NCBI GenBank assembly: GCA_030610085.1
Contig: JAUWSL010000003.1
Coordinates: 1-42,444, forward strand
Source: Candidatus Aegiribacteria sp.
Lineage (GTDB): Bacteria; Fermentibacterota; Fermentibacteria; Fermentibacterales; JCC-6
Direction: 5' to 3'
DNA length: 42,444 nt
In this document: positions 6,787 to 14,523 of the stretch, in pieces
Layout: each line of letters opens with the position of its first letter
Position numbering within the stretch: position 1 is the stretch's first letter
Program-made: the position numbers and the translations under genes
The notes under the pieces: generated by a model
Told to the model about the DNA's origin: nothing
What the model saw: only the letters and a program-made list of their open reading frames with translations
Database searches by the model: none

Positions 6787-9561
6787 TTACCCGTCTTTGT
6801 CGTATATACCATAATTGGGGCCAAGGATTTTAATATCGTCCTCTTTCGAGGATTTGCGAGGTTTGCTCTTTTTGATATCGTCCTCTTTCGAGGGTTTGCG
6901 AGGTTTGCTCTTTTTGACCGGCGAAGGCTCCTCCGGGGCAGCACTTTCGATCACGCTTTCCGAATGCGACAGGTTATGGATGGTCTCCTTTAACTGCTGG
7001 ATCAAAGATTTGTCAATTTTACTCTTCTTGAAGAAACCTCCCTCTACCTCATCCAGAAGATTTTGCAGTACAGGCAATTCGGCGTCTTCTCCGTACCTTC
7101 CGATGATTTTTATAGCTCCGGAAAGAAGGTTCTTGTGTTCGAAAAGTATGCCGGAAGGCCCTTCCCGGAGGCATTTGGAAAGAAAACTGATAACTTCGTC
7201 ATGGTTGCCAAGCATGCTGAAGGACTCCATAGTCTCGATTCTGATATCTCTGTTTTTCCGGAAGGCTTCCGTTAGTTTTGGAATGAAAGCCGGATTGATC
7301 ATGGCCCTTTTAGTGAGGATATCGAGAGCTATCTCCGCAACTTCCTTTGACTTATCAGTGATAAGGTACATGGCAAGGCTTTCCGCAGTTGTCGTGGATA
7401 CTTTGGTGAGAGCCAGAAGGCATTCACGCCTGATCCTTGAATCAGGTACCTTGCAGAGTTCCGCAAGAATGCTCTCGCTGGAGGTAGAACCCAGATCACG
7501 AAGAACCTGTATCATGTTTCTTGCCTTGTACCATTCCGTGTTCGGCAGGAGATAGTTGCCGGCACCCACCTTTGAATTGAAGGCTGTTACTATCTCAGTG
7601 AGATTACCATGGATCGCTGTCAGGCCTCTCTCTCCCATTTTCAGAAGCATACGGAAGGCTTTTGATCTGAGTCTTCTGTTGTCCTCGCAGAAGATATTCA
7701 CCAGCTGAGTCACCAGGTTATCAGGAGGAGTTATCATCGCAAGATGGATAGCCTCCCGGGAAACGATCTCGTCTTCGGAAAGTATTTTCTGAACAAGAGC
7801 TTCTGCCGCGTTTATAGTATCCATCTTCCTCTGGGCTTCCGCCAGAGAGCGTTTCCTTGCAGCTTCAAGCTCAGTCCTTGAGTAGCGCATCGATTCCAGG
7901 TTATTGAGAATTTTCCCCGCCTCGAGGGCTATAGTCATCATTCCTCTGGCAAGAAGCGCTTCCATAAGGGAAGCTGTGAGGATAACCCCTTTGTACAGAA
8001 CGTCCGGGTCCTGTTCGCGCTTCAGAAGCGTGGATACATTTTCAATAATCTGTAATGTAGAATTCTCTTTGCCGCGCTCCACTGCCAGTAGAGCCATGTC
8101 CTGCAGTTTACTCACGGTGCGGTGCCTTGTATCCGGATCGGGAGAGGGAAGGCTTGTCAGAAGCCTGTCTATAATTTTACGGACTGCTTTCCATGCCATT
8201 CCTGCCTGAATAACACGATTCGAAAGAAGACCCTTTTCAAGGAGGGTGGGGTCAAGAGCAAAGACGAACCTGGCTATCATTCCCCTCTGTTCTTCCCTGT
8301 TTTCCTTCGCGGCTGCTAGAACGGATTTCAGGGCATCACCGATCTTGCTTCCCGGAAGGGAAGCTATGCTTTCTCCCCGCTCAAGCCTGTCTATAAGCTC
8401 GGAGAAGATCGCGTCCTCAATAGTGACTTCCCCCCGTGCCAGAACCTTATCAGCTTCAGTTCCCTCTGAGATAAGCTCGTAGTGGAATCGATTTATTGAA
8501 ATGGTATCCAGTCCCCTGAGTTCAAGAAGTCTTACCATACCACCGTGTTCCGCAATGTAGGCTGGAGGTCTGTTGAATATCTTTGAGAAAGTTTTCACAT
8601 CTTCAGCCGTTACTTTTTTACCGAAGGACAGGCTGTTCATATGACGCTCTGCGAAACAAGCGAAAAATCCGCCAATGCCGGCGCCCTTTCTTCTCACACT
8701 TACATCGTTAACCATTATGGTATCACCCATCACAGAAAAAGTTACCTGCTCCTTCTCTTTGTGGAATTTGGAAAGGGTACCAAGGAAGGATTCTGTTGAT
8801 GGGTCTATTGACGGGTGTCCCGAGGGAAACATTTGAAGAGCTTTCACAAGAAGTTCAAGTCTTTTCACAAGATTTTCAGAATTCCTCTGGGCAACAGCCA
8901 GCGACATTTGACCGGCTCCCATATGAACGAGGAGATTGTTTCCTGAAGCGAAGTTAGTCAGTGATGACGGGCTGAAAGTGAACTGCCATATTCCCTGAAT
9001 CTGCTCTATGAAATCAAATTCTATCAGAATATCTTTCATGAATTTACGTAATTCTACCGGGAAGGAATTGAGAGCTAGCCTGAAAGTAGAGTCCTCTTTC
9101 CTTGTCGCCTTGAGTACGATCAGCGCAACATCTGCACCCGTGCAGTCCATATCCGATTCCGGGTCAAGAAAATCATCTTCTATCAGAATGAAAAGCACTT
9201 CAGTAAGCAGGGATATCTTGGCTGTTACGTACTTTTTTGCGCCTGACGAAATATTGTTGTAAAGTTTCCATACCTCTTGAAGTTTTGTTTTTTTGAACCA
9301 GTCATCCAGGTCGGCCCAGCCCCAGTCAGGAGCATATTTTTTTAGAAGAGGTCTGTCTATGAATGAGAGAAAAGTTATACCGGACTCTATATGCAGACAG
9401 GTATCTGCGACCACCGTCCCAAGAACTTTGCCGATTTCTTCAGGTTTGTAACCGGAGATGAATTTGGCGAGGGCTTTGATCCGATCCTCGGGATTTTCGA
9501 GGGAAGATACTGCCGTTGTCAACCTTGCCGCTATCCAGGTAGGGTCTTTCTTACTCTTCAT
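6787..9561 (-). CDS. large alpha-helical (HEAT-repeat-like) protein of unknown function
   Basis: 924-aa ORF; LQMFPSGHP segment; HEAT-like repeats such as DSRIRRECLLALTKV and DNRRLRSKAFRMLLKM; Lys-rich repeated tail. Confidence 0.75.
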   Translation of the reverse strand: MKSKKDPTWIAARLTTAVSSLENPEDRIKALAKFISGYKPEEIGKVLGTVVADTCLHIESGITFLSFIDRPLLKKYAPDWGWADLDDWFKKTKLQEVWKLYNNISSGAKKYVTAKISLLTEVLFILIEDDFLDPESDMDCTGADVALIVLKATRKEDSTFRLALNSFPVELRKFMKDILIEFDFIEQIQGIWQFTFSPSSLTNFASGNNLLVHMGAGQMSLAVAQRNSENLVKRLELLVKALQMFPSGHPSIDPSTESFLGTLSKFHKEKEQVTFSVMGDTIMVNDVSVRRKGAGIGGFFACFAERHMNSLSFGKKVTAEDVKTFSKIFNRPPAYIAEHGGMVRLLELRGLDTISINRFHYELISEGTEADKVLARGEVTIEDAIFSELIDRLERGESIASLPGSKIGDALKSVLAAAKENREEQRGMIARFVFALDPTLLEKGLLSNRVIQAGMAWKAVRKIIDRLLTSLPSPDPDTRHRTVSKLQDMALLAVERGKENSTLQIIENVSTLLKREQDPDVLYKGVILTASLMEALLARGMMTIALEAGKILNNLESMRYSRTELEAARKRSLAEAQRKMDTINAAEALVQKILSEDEIVSREAIHLAMITPPDNLVTQLVNIFCEDNRRLRSKAFRMLLKMGERGLTAIHGNLTEIVTAFNSKVGAGNYLLPNTEWYKARNMIQVLRDLGSTSSESILAELCKVPDSRIRRECLLALTKVSTTTAESLAMYLITDKSKEVAEIALDILTKRAMINPAFIPKLTEAFRKNRDIRIETMESFSMLGNHDEVISFLSKCLREGPSGILFEHKNLLSGAIKIIGRYGEDAELPVLQNLLDEVEGGFFKKSKIDKSLIQQLKETIHNLSHSESVIESAAPEEPSPVKKSKPRKPSKEDDIKKSKPRKSSKEDDIKILGPNYGIYDKDG
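6833..6916. repeat. 42-bp in-frame tandem duplication in the tail of the 924-aa protein
   Basis: 6833-6874 and 6875-6916 differ at one base; each encodes KKSKPRK(P/S)SKEDDI. Confidence 0.95.
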
Positions 9562-9712
9562 ATCCCGCTCTCCTATCGATTGAACATATTACAGTACGAT
9601 AAACATAAAGCAATAAGAAGGTCAACGCTGTAAAATGAACAATCTTAAATCCTAAGTCCAATAATCATCCTGTAGAGTGGGATATGAAGAGCAAGCCCTG
9701 CGAAAATGCAGG

Positions 9713-10597
9713 TCACTTTCCAATAATGTAGCGGATGGCTTCCCATATTTTGGAAATAGCGATTGAAGCCGGAGTTGAAGGATCGAATGCATTCACCGGC
9801 AGGCCCTTTGACATGGACATTGTTACGGCAGGATCGTAAGGGATTCTGCCCAGCAGGAAGATGTCGTCCTTTACGCAGAAATCTTCTATTTCTCTTGTCT
9901 TGTCGGGGTTGATATCGCTTCTGTTGATGCATACCGCTGGAGTAACACCGAAGTGTCTCACCGTTTCAAGAATACGTGAGAGGTCGTGAATTGCAGATAC
10001 ACCCGGTTCGGTAGATATAACAGCAAGATCAGCGCCGGCGCATGCTGCTATTACAGGACAGCCTATTCCCGGAGGGCCATCCACCAGAAGAATTGATTCA
10101 CCGATCTCTCTGGATTTTTCTATCGCCGCATTTTTGACGATTGTAACGAGTTTGCCGGAATTCTCCTCACCTGCACGCATCTCTGCGTGGAAGAGCGGGC
10201 CATATATCGATTTTGATATATACCACGCTCCGGCAGTTGTTCTCTCGCTTCTTATTGCATTCTCAGGACACTGATGAACGCATGAGTTGCATCCTTCGCA
10301 GGCGATTCTGTCGATTCTGTATTTGCTGCCGGAGGAGAGGACAGCGCCGAACCTGCACACCTCAAAGCACCTGCCGCACCCTGTGCACTTCTCATTATCG
10401 ATCTCCGCCTTGAATCCTCCGGTGAAAGGGAACTCCTTCAGATTTTCAGGCTGCAGAAGTATATCCAGATTCGAGGCATCGACATCCGCGTCCGCCATAA
10501 CAAGCTTGTGCTGATCAGCAGCTTCGACAGCAAGCGCTGCTGTGAGCGAGGTCTTTCCAGTTCCGCCCTTTCCGCTGAGAACAACGATCTGCTTCAC
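9713..10597 (-). CDS. MinD/ParA-superfamily P-loop ATPase with inserted 2x[4Fe-4S] ferredoxin domain (COG1149-type)
   Basis: SGKGGTGKT; CTGCGRCFEVC and CEGCNSCVHQCP; DGPPGIGCPV. Confidence 0.92.
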   Translation of the reverse strand: MKQIVVLSGKGGTGKTSLTAALAVEAADQHKLVMADADVDASNLDILLQPENLKEFPFTGGFKAEIDNEKCTGCGRCFEVCRFGAVLSSGSKYRIDRIACEGCNSCVHQCPENAIRSERTTAGAWYISKSIYGPLFHAEMRAGEENSGKLVTIVKNAAIEKSREIGESILLVDGPPGIGCPVIAACAGADLAVISTEPGVSAIHDLSRILETVRHFGVTPAVCINRSDINPDKTREIEDFCVKDDIFLLGRIPYDPAVTMSMSKGLPVNAFDPSTPASIAISKIWEAIRYIIGK

Positions 10598-11457
10598 TGT
10601 TCAACCTCTTCTCTCACTGCCGAAAGAATATCCAGGAATAGTTCCCTGTACTCAGGCAGTCCGGTAAGCAGGGGAATTCCTTCGGAAAGCATCTCCGCGA
10701 TTCTGCGGTCCATGGGTATCTTTGCCAGAATGGGCAGATTCTCAGCGTGGCAATACATCTCTACATCTTTGTTGCCTATCCCGTCCCGATTGATGATAAC
10801 GCCCGCAGGGATGTGCAACTGGTCAACTACAACATCCACAGCTGCCTTGAGGTCATGGAGACCGAACGGAGTCGGCTCTGTTACCAGAATAACGTAATCG
10901 CTTCTGCCTACAGCCTCCACTACAGGGCAGGATGTTCCTGGAGAAGAGTCAATAATGACCGTCGAACCTTCCGGTTGAGGAAGGTACTCATTGAGCAGTG
11001 ACGAGATCACGGGAACCGCCATAGCCTGCCCGACATTGAGAACCCCTCTTGCAAAGTTAACAGAACCGTCCGTTCCGCCTTCTATTCTGCCGGTTACATG
11101 AACAGTATCGCTGATCGCACCTTCCGGACAGACAAGACCGCAGCTTCCGCAGCCGTGGCATAGATCCCGAAATACCAGTACCTTCTTTCCAGCGACGGCG
11201 ATAGCGTGCCATACACAGACCTCGGAACATCTGCCGCAGTAAGTGCATTTTTCGAAATCTACTTCCGGAACCTGCACTCCCGTATCTCTGCCGGAAGTGT
11301 AGTCTATATCCAGAAACAGGCCGGAATTAGGTTCTTCCACATCGCAATCCAGAAGAAGGGGCTTTTCAGAACATTCGGTACCGGCTGCGATGGCAAGGCT
11401 TACCGCTACTGTTGTCTTGCCGGTGCCGCCTTTGCCGCTGGCTACAGCTATTACCAT
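10594..11457 (-). CDS. second MinD-type ATPase with ferredoxin insert (COG1149-type)
   Basis: SGKGGTGKT; DCDVEEPN; CTYCGRCSEVC and CHGCGSCGLVCP; VTEPTPFGLHDL. Confidence 0.92.
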   Translation of the reverse strand: MVIAVASGKGGTGKTTVAVSLAIAAGTECSEKPLLLDCDVEEPNSGLFLDIDYTSGRDTGVQVPEVDFEKCTYCGRCSEVCVWHAIAVAGKKVLVFRDLCHGCGSCGLVCPEGAISDTVHVTGRIEGGTDGSVNFARGVLNVGQAMAVPVISSLLNEYLPQPEGSTVIIDSSPGTSCPVVEAVGRSDYVILVTEPTPFGLHDLKAAVDVVVDQLHIPAGVIINRDGIGNKDVEMYCHAENLPILAKIPMDRRIAEMLSEGIPLLTGLPEYRELFLDILSAVREEVEQ

Positions 11458-11466
11458 GCCTGTTGT

Positions 11467-11658
11467 CTACTCGCGGGTCATTCTTGAACCGCACTTGGAG
11501 CAGGTAATACTGCTGCAGGGATTACCAACCTTATGCTGCTGCTTATGCCCGCAACTTGGGCAGACGCAGTTCCCGCCGGGTCCGGCTGCGAGCGGTCCTC
11601 CGCCTCGACCCCTTCCTCCAGATGAATTTCTTCCCTGTCCTCTTCCGTCTCCGTACAT
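11467..11658 (-). CDS. small Gly/Arg-rich, Cys-rich (zinc-ribbon-like) protein
   Basis: GPGGNCVCPSCGH...HKVGNPC...CSKCG; GGAGG RBS; position inside the operon. Confidence 0.82.
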   Translation of the reverse strand: MYGDGRGQGRNSSGGRGRGGGPLAAGPGGNCVCPSCGHKQQHKVGNPCSSITCSKCGSRMTRE

Positions 11659-11662
11659 ATTG

Positions 11663-12148
11663 TTATCCTCCAGACTTTTCGTCCGTTTTGTCCGGGAGCC
11701 TGACTATAATGTCATCAAGCTTTTCAAGAAGTGCTGTCGCTTCTTCCCTTAGTCTTTCTGCCGGCTCATGCTCAGAGCCGTCACGGGCATGCTCAATACT
11801 CTCGCGGCAGGGGGAAGCTCCCGGAAGTTCTCCCGCCATGTAACTGTCAACAGAGCTTTTCACCGTTCCCGTCGCTCCGGTTGAACACCTGATCCCGTAG
11901 TCTTCGAAGATGGATACCGCTCTTCGCCCCATGCCCCCTGCAAGCATTACGTCAGCATTAAGCTCCTTTATGAAGGAGGGTACCTGCCCTGGAGAATGGC
12001 TGCTGAAGAAAGGGTTTTCCACCGATTCGACATTGATGATCTCGTTCCCTTCGATATCTACTACCGTAAAATACGGACACCTGCCGAAATGATGACTTAC
12101 AGAGCTGTCGAGTTTTCTACTGTTATCCGATGAGACGACAATTTTCAT
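11663..12148 (-). CDS. NifB/NifX-family (COG1433) protein with C-terminal coiled coil
   Basis: VSHHFGRCPYF, ENPF, ADVMLAGGMGRRA. Confidence 0.9.
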   Translation of the reverse strand: MKIVVSSDNSRKLDSSVSHHFGRCPYFTVVDIEGNEIINVESVENPFFSSHSPGQVPSFIKELNADVMLAGGMGRRAVSIFEDYGIRCSTGATGTVKSSVDSYMAGELPGASPCRESIEHARDGSEHEPAERLREEATALLEKLDDIIVRLPDKTDEKSGG

Positions 12149-12651
12149 TGGGTTTTTTCCTCCCCGATTCTATCCAGCTTCTGCAGGATATCAGCGATCT
12201 GACCTCTGAGATCCCTGAGCCTGGCGGTCAGCATTTCAAGATCATCCTCTCCACCACCAGCCTTCTCCGAAGGTTCTGAGGCGTTTCGGATCCTTCCTGC
12301 ATGGGAATCGGCATTCGCTGCACCCATCATAGGGAGCTCCCCCTGGTTGAATGCCTCAATGGTTTCCCTGACCGTTCCGCCTGCGGCGGTATAACAAGGT
12401 ACCGAGCCTGCGCTGAGCACTTCGTACGCGTTGGGACCTATGCTTGCGGATATTACTGATCCAGGATTTCTCTTCAGAACGAACTGCGCCGCCTGTATGC
12501 CGGCTCCGCTGGCCTGGCCTGCTGCAGGATTTTCAAAGCTCTCACAGGAGAAATCCCCCGTATCAACAAGAAGGTAGTACTCAGCTCTTCCGAAAACCGA
12601 ACTGATTGAAGAATCAACATTCACTCCGGACGAACTTACAATTACTTTCAT
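12145..12651 (-). CDS. NifB/NifX-family (COG1433) protein with C-terminal coiled coil
   Basis: FGRAEYY, ENPAAGQASGAGIQAAQ, IGPNAYEVL. Confidence 0.9.
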   Translation of the reverse strand: MKVIVSSSGVNVDSSISSVFGRAEYYLLVDTGDFSCESFENPAAGQASGAGIQAAQFVLKRNPGSVISASIGPNAYEVLSAGSVPCYTAAGGTVRETIEAFNQGELPMMGAANADSHAGRIRNASEPSEKAGGGEDDLEMLTARLRDLRGQIADILQKLDRIGEEKTQ

Positions 12652-12654
12652 TGA

Positions 12655-12996
12655 CTATTCCTTTTCCTTTTTTCTATTCAGAAGTTGATTTACACGGTAA
12701 GCTATCTGCTCGATAGTGTCCGCCACAAACTGAACCTGTGTCTTCAATGACTCTGTCTCAGTGTGTTCCCTGGGATAAAAGGACACGTCATCCTGTGGAT
12801 ATCTGCGCTGACCCGTCTCGTAGTACCGGTTCCTCCAGCCCCGGCCCCCGCCGCCTCTTCTTGCAAAGAAACCGCTACCTCCTCCGCGGCCTGGGGCTGT
12901 CGTATATCCACCCGACGGATATCCAGCGCATCTTCCCATGGCTCTTCCGGTCAGGCTTCCTTCACCTCTGGGTCCAGTTCCATCTCCTGCTGGCAT
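12655..12996 (-). CDS. DUF5320-like protein
   Basis: N-terminal MPAGDGTGPRGEGSLTGRAMGRC, Gly/Arg-rich middle, C-terminal heptad helix. Confidence 0.85.
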   Translation of the reverse strand: MPAGDGTGPRGEGSLTGRAMGRCAGYPSGGYTTAPGRGGGSGFFARRGGGGRGWRNRYYETGQRRYPQDDVSFYPREHTETESLKTQVQFVADTIEQIAYRVNQLLNRKKEKE

Positions 12997-13013
12997 GATA
13001 ACTCCTTTCTGTT

Positions 13014-13412
13014 TTAAGTTTTCTTGCCGCCACTGTGATGCAGTTCCATATGATCCCTATACTCGTTGAAGAAGCAGTGCAATATTCTGTCGGTTTCCTC
13101 GAGATCACCAACCCACATCTGCAGGTATTCATCACCTGAAGGCGAGAGGGCATATACCCTTCTTGCAGGACCCGAATCGCCTTCAGCCCACCTTGAAGTC
13201 ACAAAACCCCTGTCCTCAAGGCTCCTGAGGATTCGGTAGATGGTGCTTGAATCCGCTGGATTCTCACTGAATCCGAAGCGCCCAAGGTTATCGAGCAATT
13301 CGTAACCATGGGATTCCTCTCCGTGTAGCAGGAGCAGAAGGCAGGGCTCAAGGAACCTTGTTATCCTTCTCCCACAGCGATTCCGGGCACCTCTCATTCG
13401 TCTTCCAGGCAT
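13014..13412 (-). CDS. PadR-family transcriptional regulator
   Basis: ATG at 13412 after AAGGAGG; SHGYEL, STIYRILRSLEDRGFV, GPARRVYALSPSG. Confidence 0.92.
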   Translation of the reverse strand: MPGRRMRGARNRCGRRITRFLEPCLLLLLHGEESHGYELLDNLGRFGFSENPADSSTIYRILRSLEDRGFVTSRWAEGDSGPARRVYALSPSGDEYLQMWVGDLEETDRILHCFFNEYRDHMELHHSGGKKT

Positions 13413-13423
13413 TGTGCCTCCTT

Positions 13424-13475
13424 CATCTATATGCATACTGCACCTAGATGATAATGGCAGGAACAATTTTGTCAA
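13424..13475 (-). promoter_or_regulatory. sigma70 promoter overlapped by a 27-bp dyad (candidate PadR operator)
   Basis: TTGACA (13475-13470)-N16-TATCAT (13453-13448); dyad CATCTA-ta-TGCA-tac-TGCA-cc-TAGATG at 13424-13450. Confidence 0.65.
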
Positions 13476-13576
13476 GTCCTGGCATCATCCACGGATTGTG
13501 CCTTCCATACTCATGTTTGCATATTCAGTTCGTTCTGCAGCCTCCTGAACACACTGACAGATTTGAATGAAGAAAG

Positions 13577-14467
13577 ATGCGTATATTTAACAGAGGTCCT
13601 TTCAAAACAGACCTGCTTCTTCTGCTGACAGCGGCCATCTGGGGCTTCGCCTTTGTTGCTCAGAGGGCAGGTATGAACTACATCGGCCCTTTCCTGTTCA
13701 ACGGTATCAGGTTCGCTCTCGGCACGGCTGTTCTTCTGCCGTTTATCCTCGTCTCCAGAAGAAGGACTCGAACTCCGCGGATTCCTTTGAAATATGGTCT
13801 GCTTGCAGGACTAATACTCTTTGCCGGCGCATCTCTGCAGCAGACAGGGCTTGTCTATACAACTGCAGGAAACGCCGGTTTTGTGACAGGTCTGTACGTG
13901 ATCATCGTTCCGGTTCTTGGGTTGTTCTCAGGGCAGTCCTGCGGAAAAAGAACATGGATCGGAGCTGCCCTGGCTGTCACCGGCATGTTCCTTCTTTCGA
14001 CAGCGGGTTCGTCCAGAATGCAGTCGGGAGACGCAATCGTATTCGCAGGGGCGATATTCTGGGCCATTCATATACAGCTTATCTCAAGGCTGATGAAGCG
14101 ATACGAAGCTCTTACTCTGGCAGCGATACAGTTCGTCTGCTGCTCTTTTCTAAGTATCGTCTTCGCCCTTCTGACGGAAGAACTGTCATTGAACGGTATT
14201 CGCATGGCAGCAGTGCCCATCCTTTACGGCGGAATAGTATCGGTTGGAATAGCGTATACTCTGCAGGTTATCGCCCAGAAGCGTGCTCATCCCGCTCATG
14301 CGGCGATTATTATGAGCCTTGAAGCTGTTTTCGCCCTGATAGGAGGATGGATCCTGCTTTGTGAACCGGTAACTTTACAGGGGACAGCAGGAGGAATGTT
14401 GATGTTAACAGCAATGATCCTTTCTGCCAGGGGACAGATCAAGACACGAAAGTCGGCCGGGTTGTGA
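13577..14467 (+). CDS. DMT/EamA-family transporter
   Basis: About ten hydrophobic segments; IWGFAFVAQR, TTAGNAGFVTGLYV, IMSLEAVFA. Confidence 0.92.
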   Translation: MRIFNRGPFKTDLLLLLTAAIWGFAFVAQRAGMNYIGPFLFNGIRFALGTAVLLPFILVSRRRTRTPRIPLKYGLLAGLILFAGASLQQTGLVYTTAGNAGFVTGLYVIIVPVLGLFSGQSCGKRTWIGAALAVTGMFLLSTAGSSRMQSGDAIVFAGAIFWAIHIQLISRLMKRYEALTLAAIQFVCCSFLSIVFALLTEELSLNGIRMAAVPILYGGIVSVGIAYTLQVIAQKRAHPAHAAIIMSLEAVFALIGGWILLCEPVTLQGTAGGMLMLTAMILSARGQIKTRKSAGL

Positions 14468-14523
14468 TAATGTGTTTTACGTGTTTATACTAGCGCTGTA
14501 TGACGATTTTCCGGGAGAACAAT

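Noticed and set aside
11663-12651. Nitrogen fixation genes
   Set aside because: These are stand-alone NifX-like (COG1433) domains; no nifH, D, K, E or N, and no radical-SAM NifB domain.
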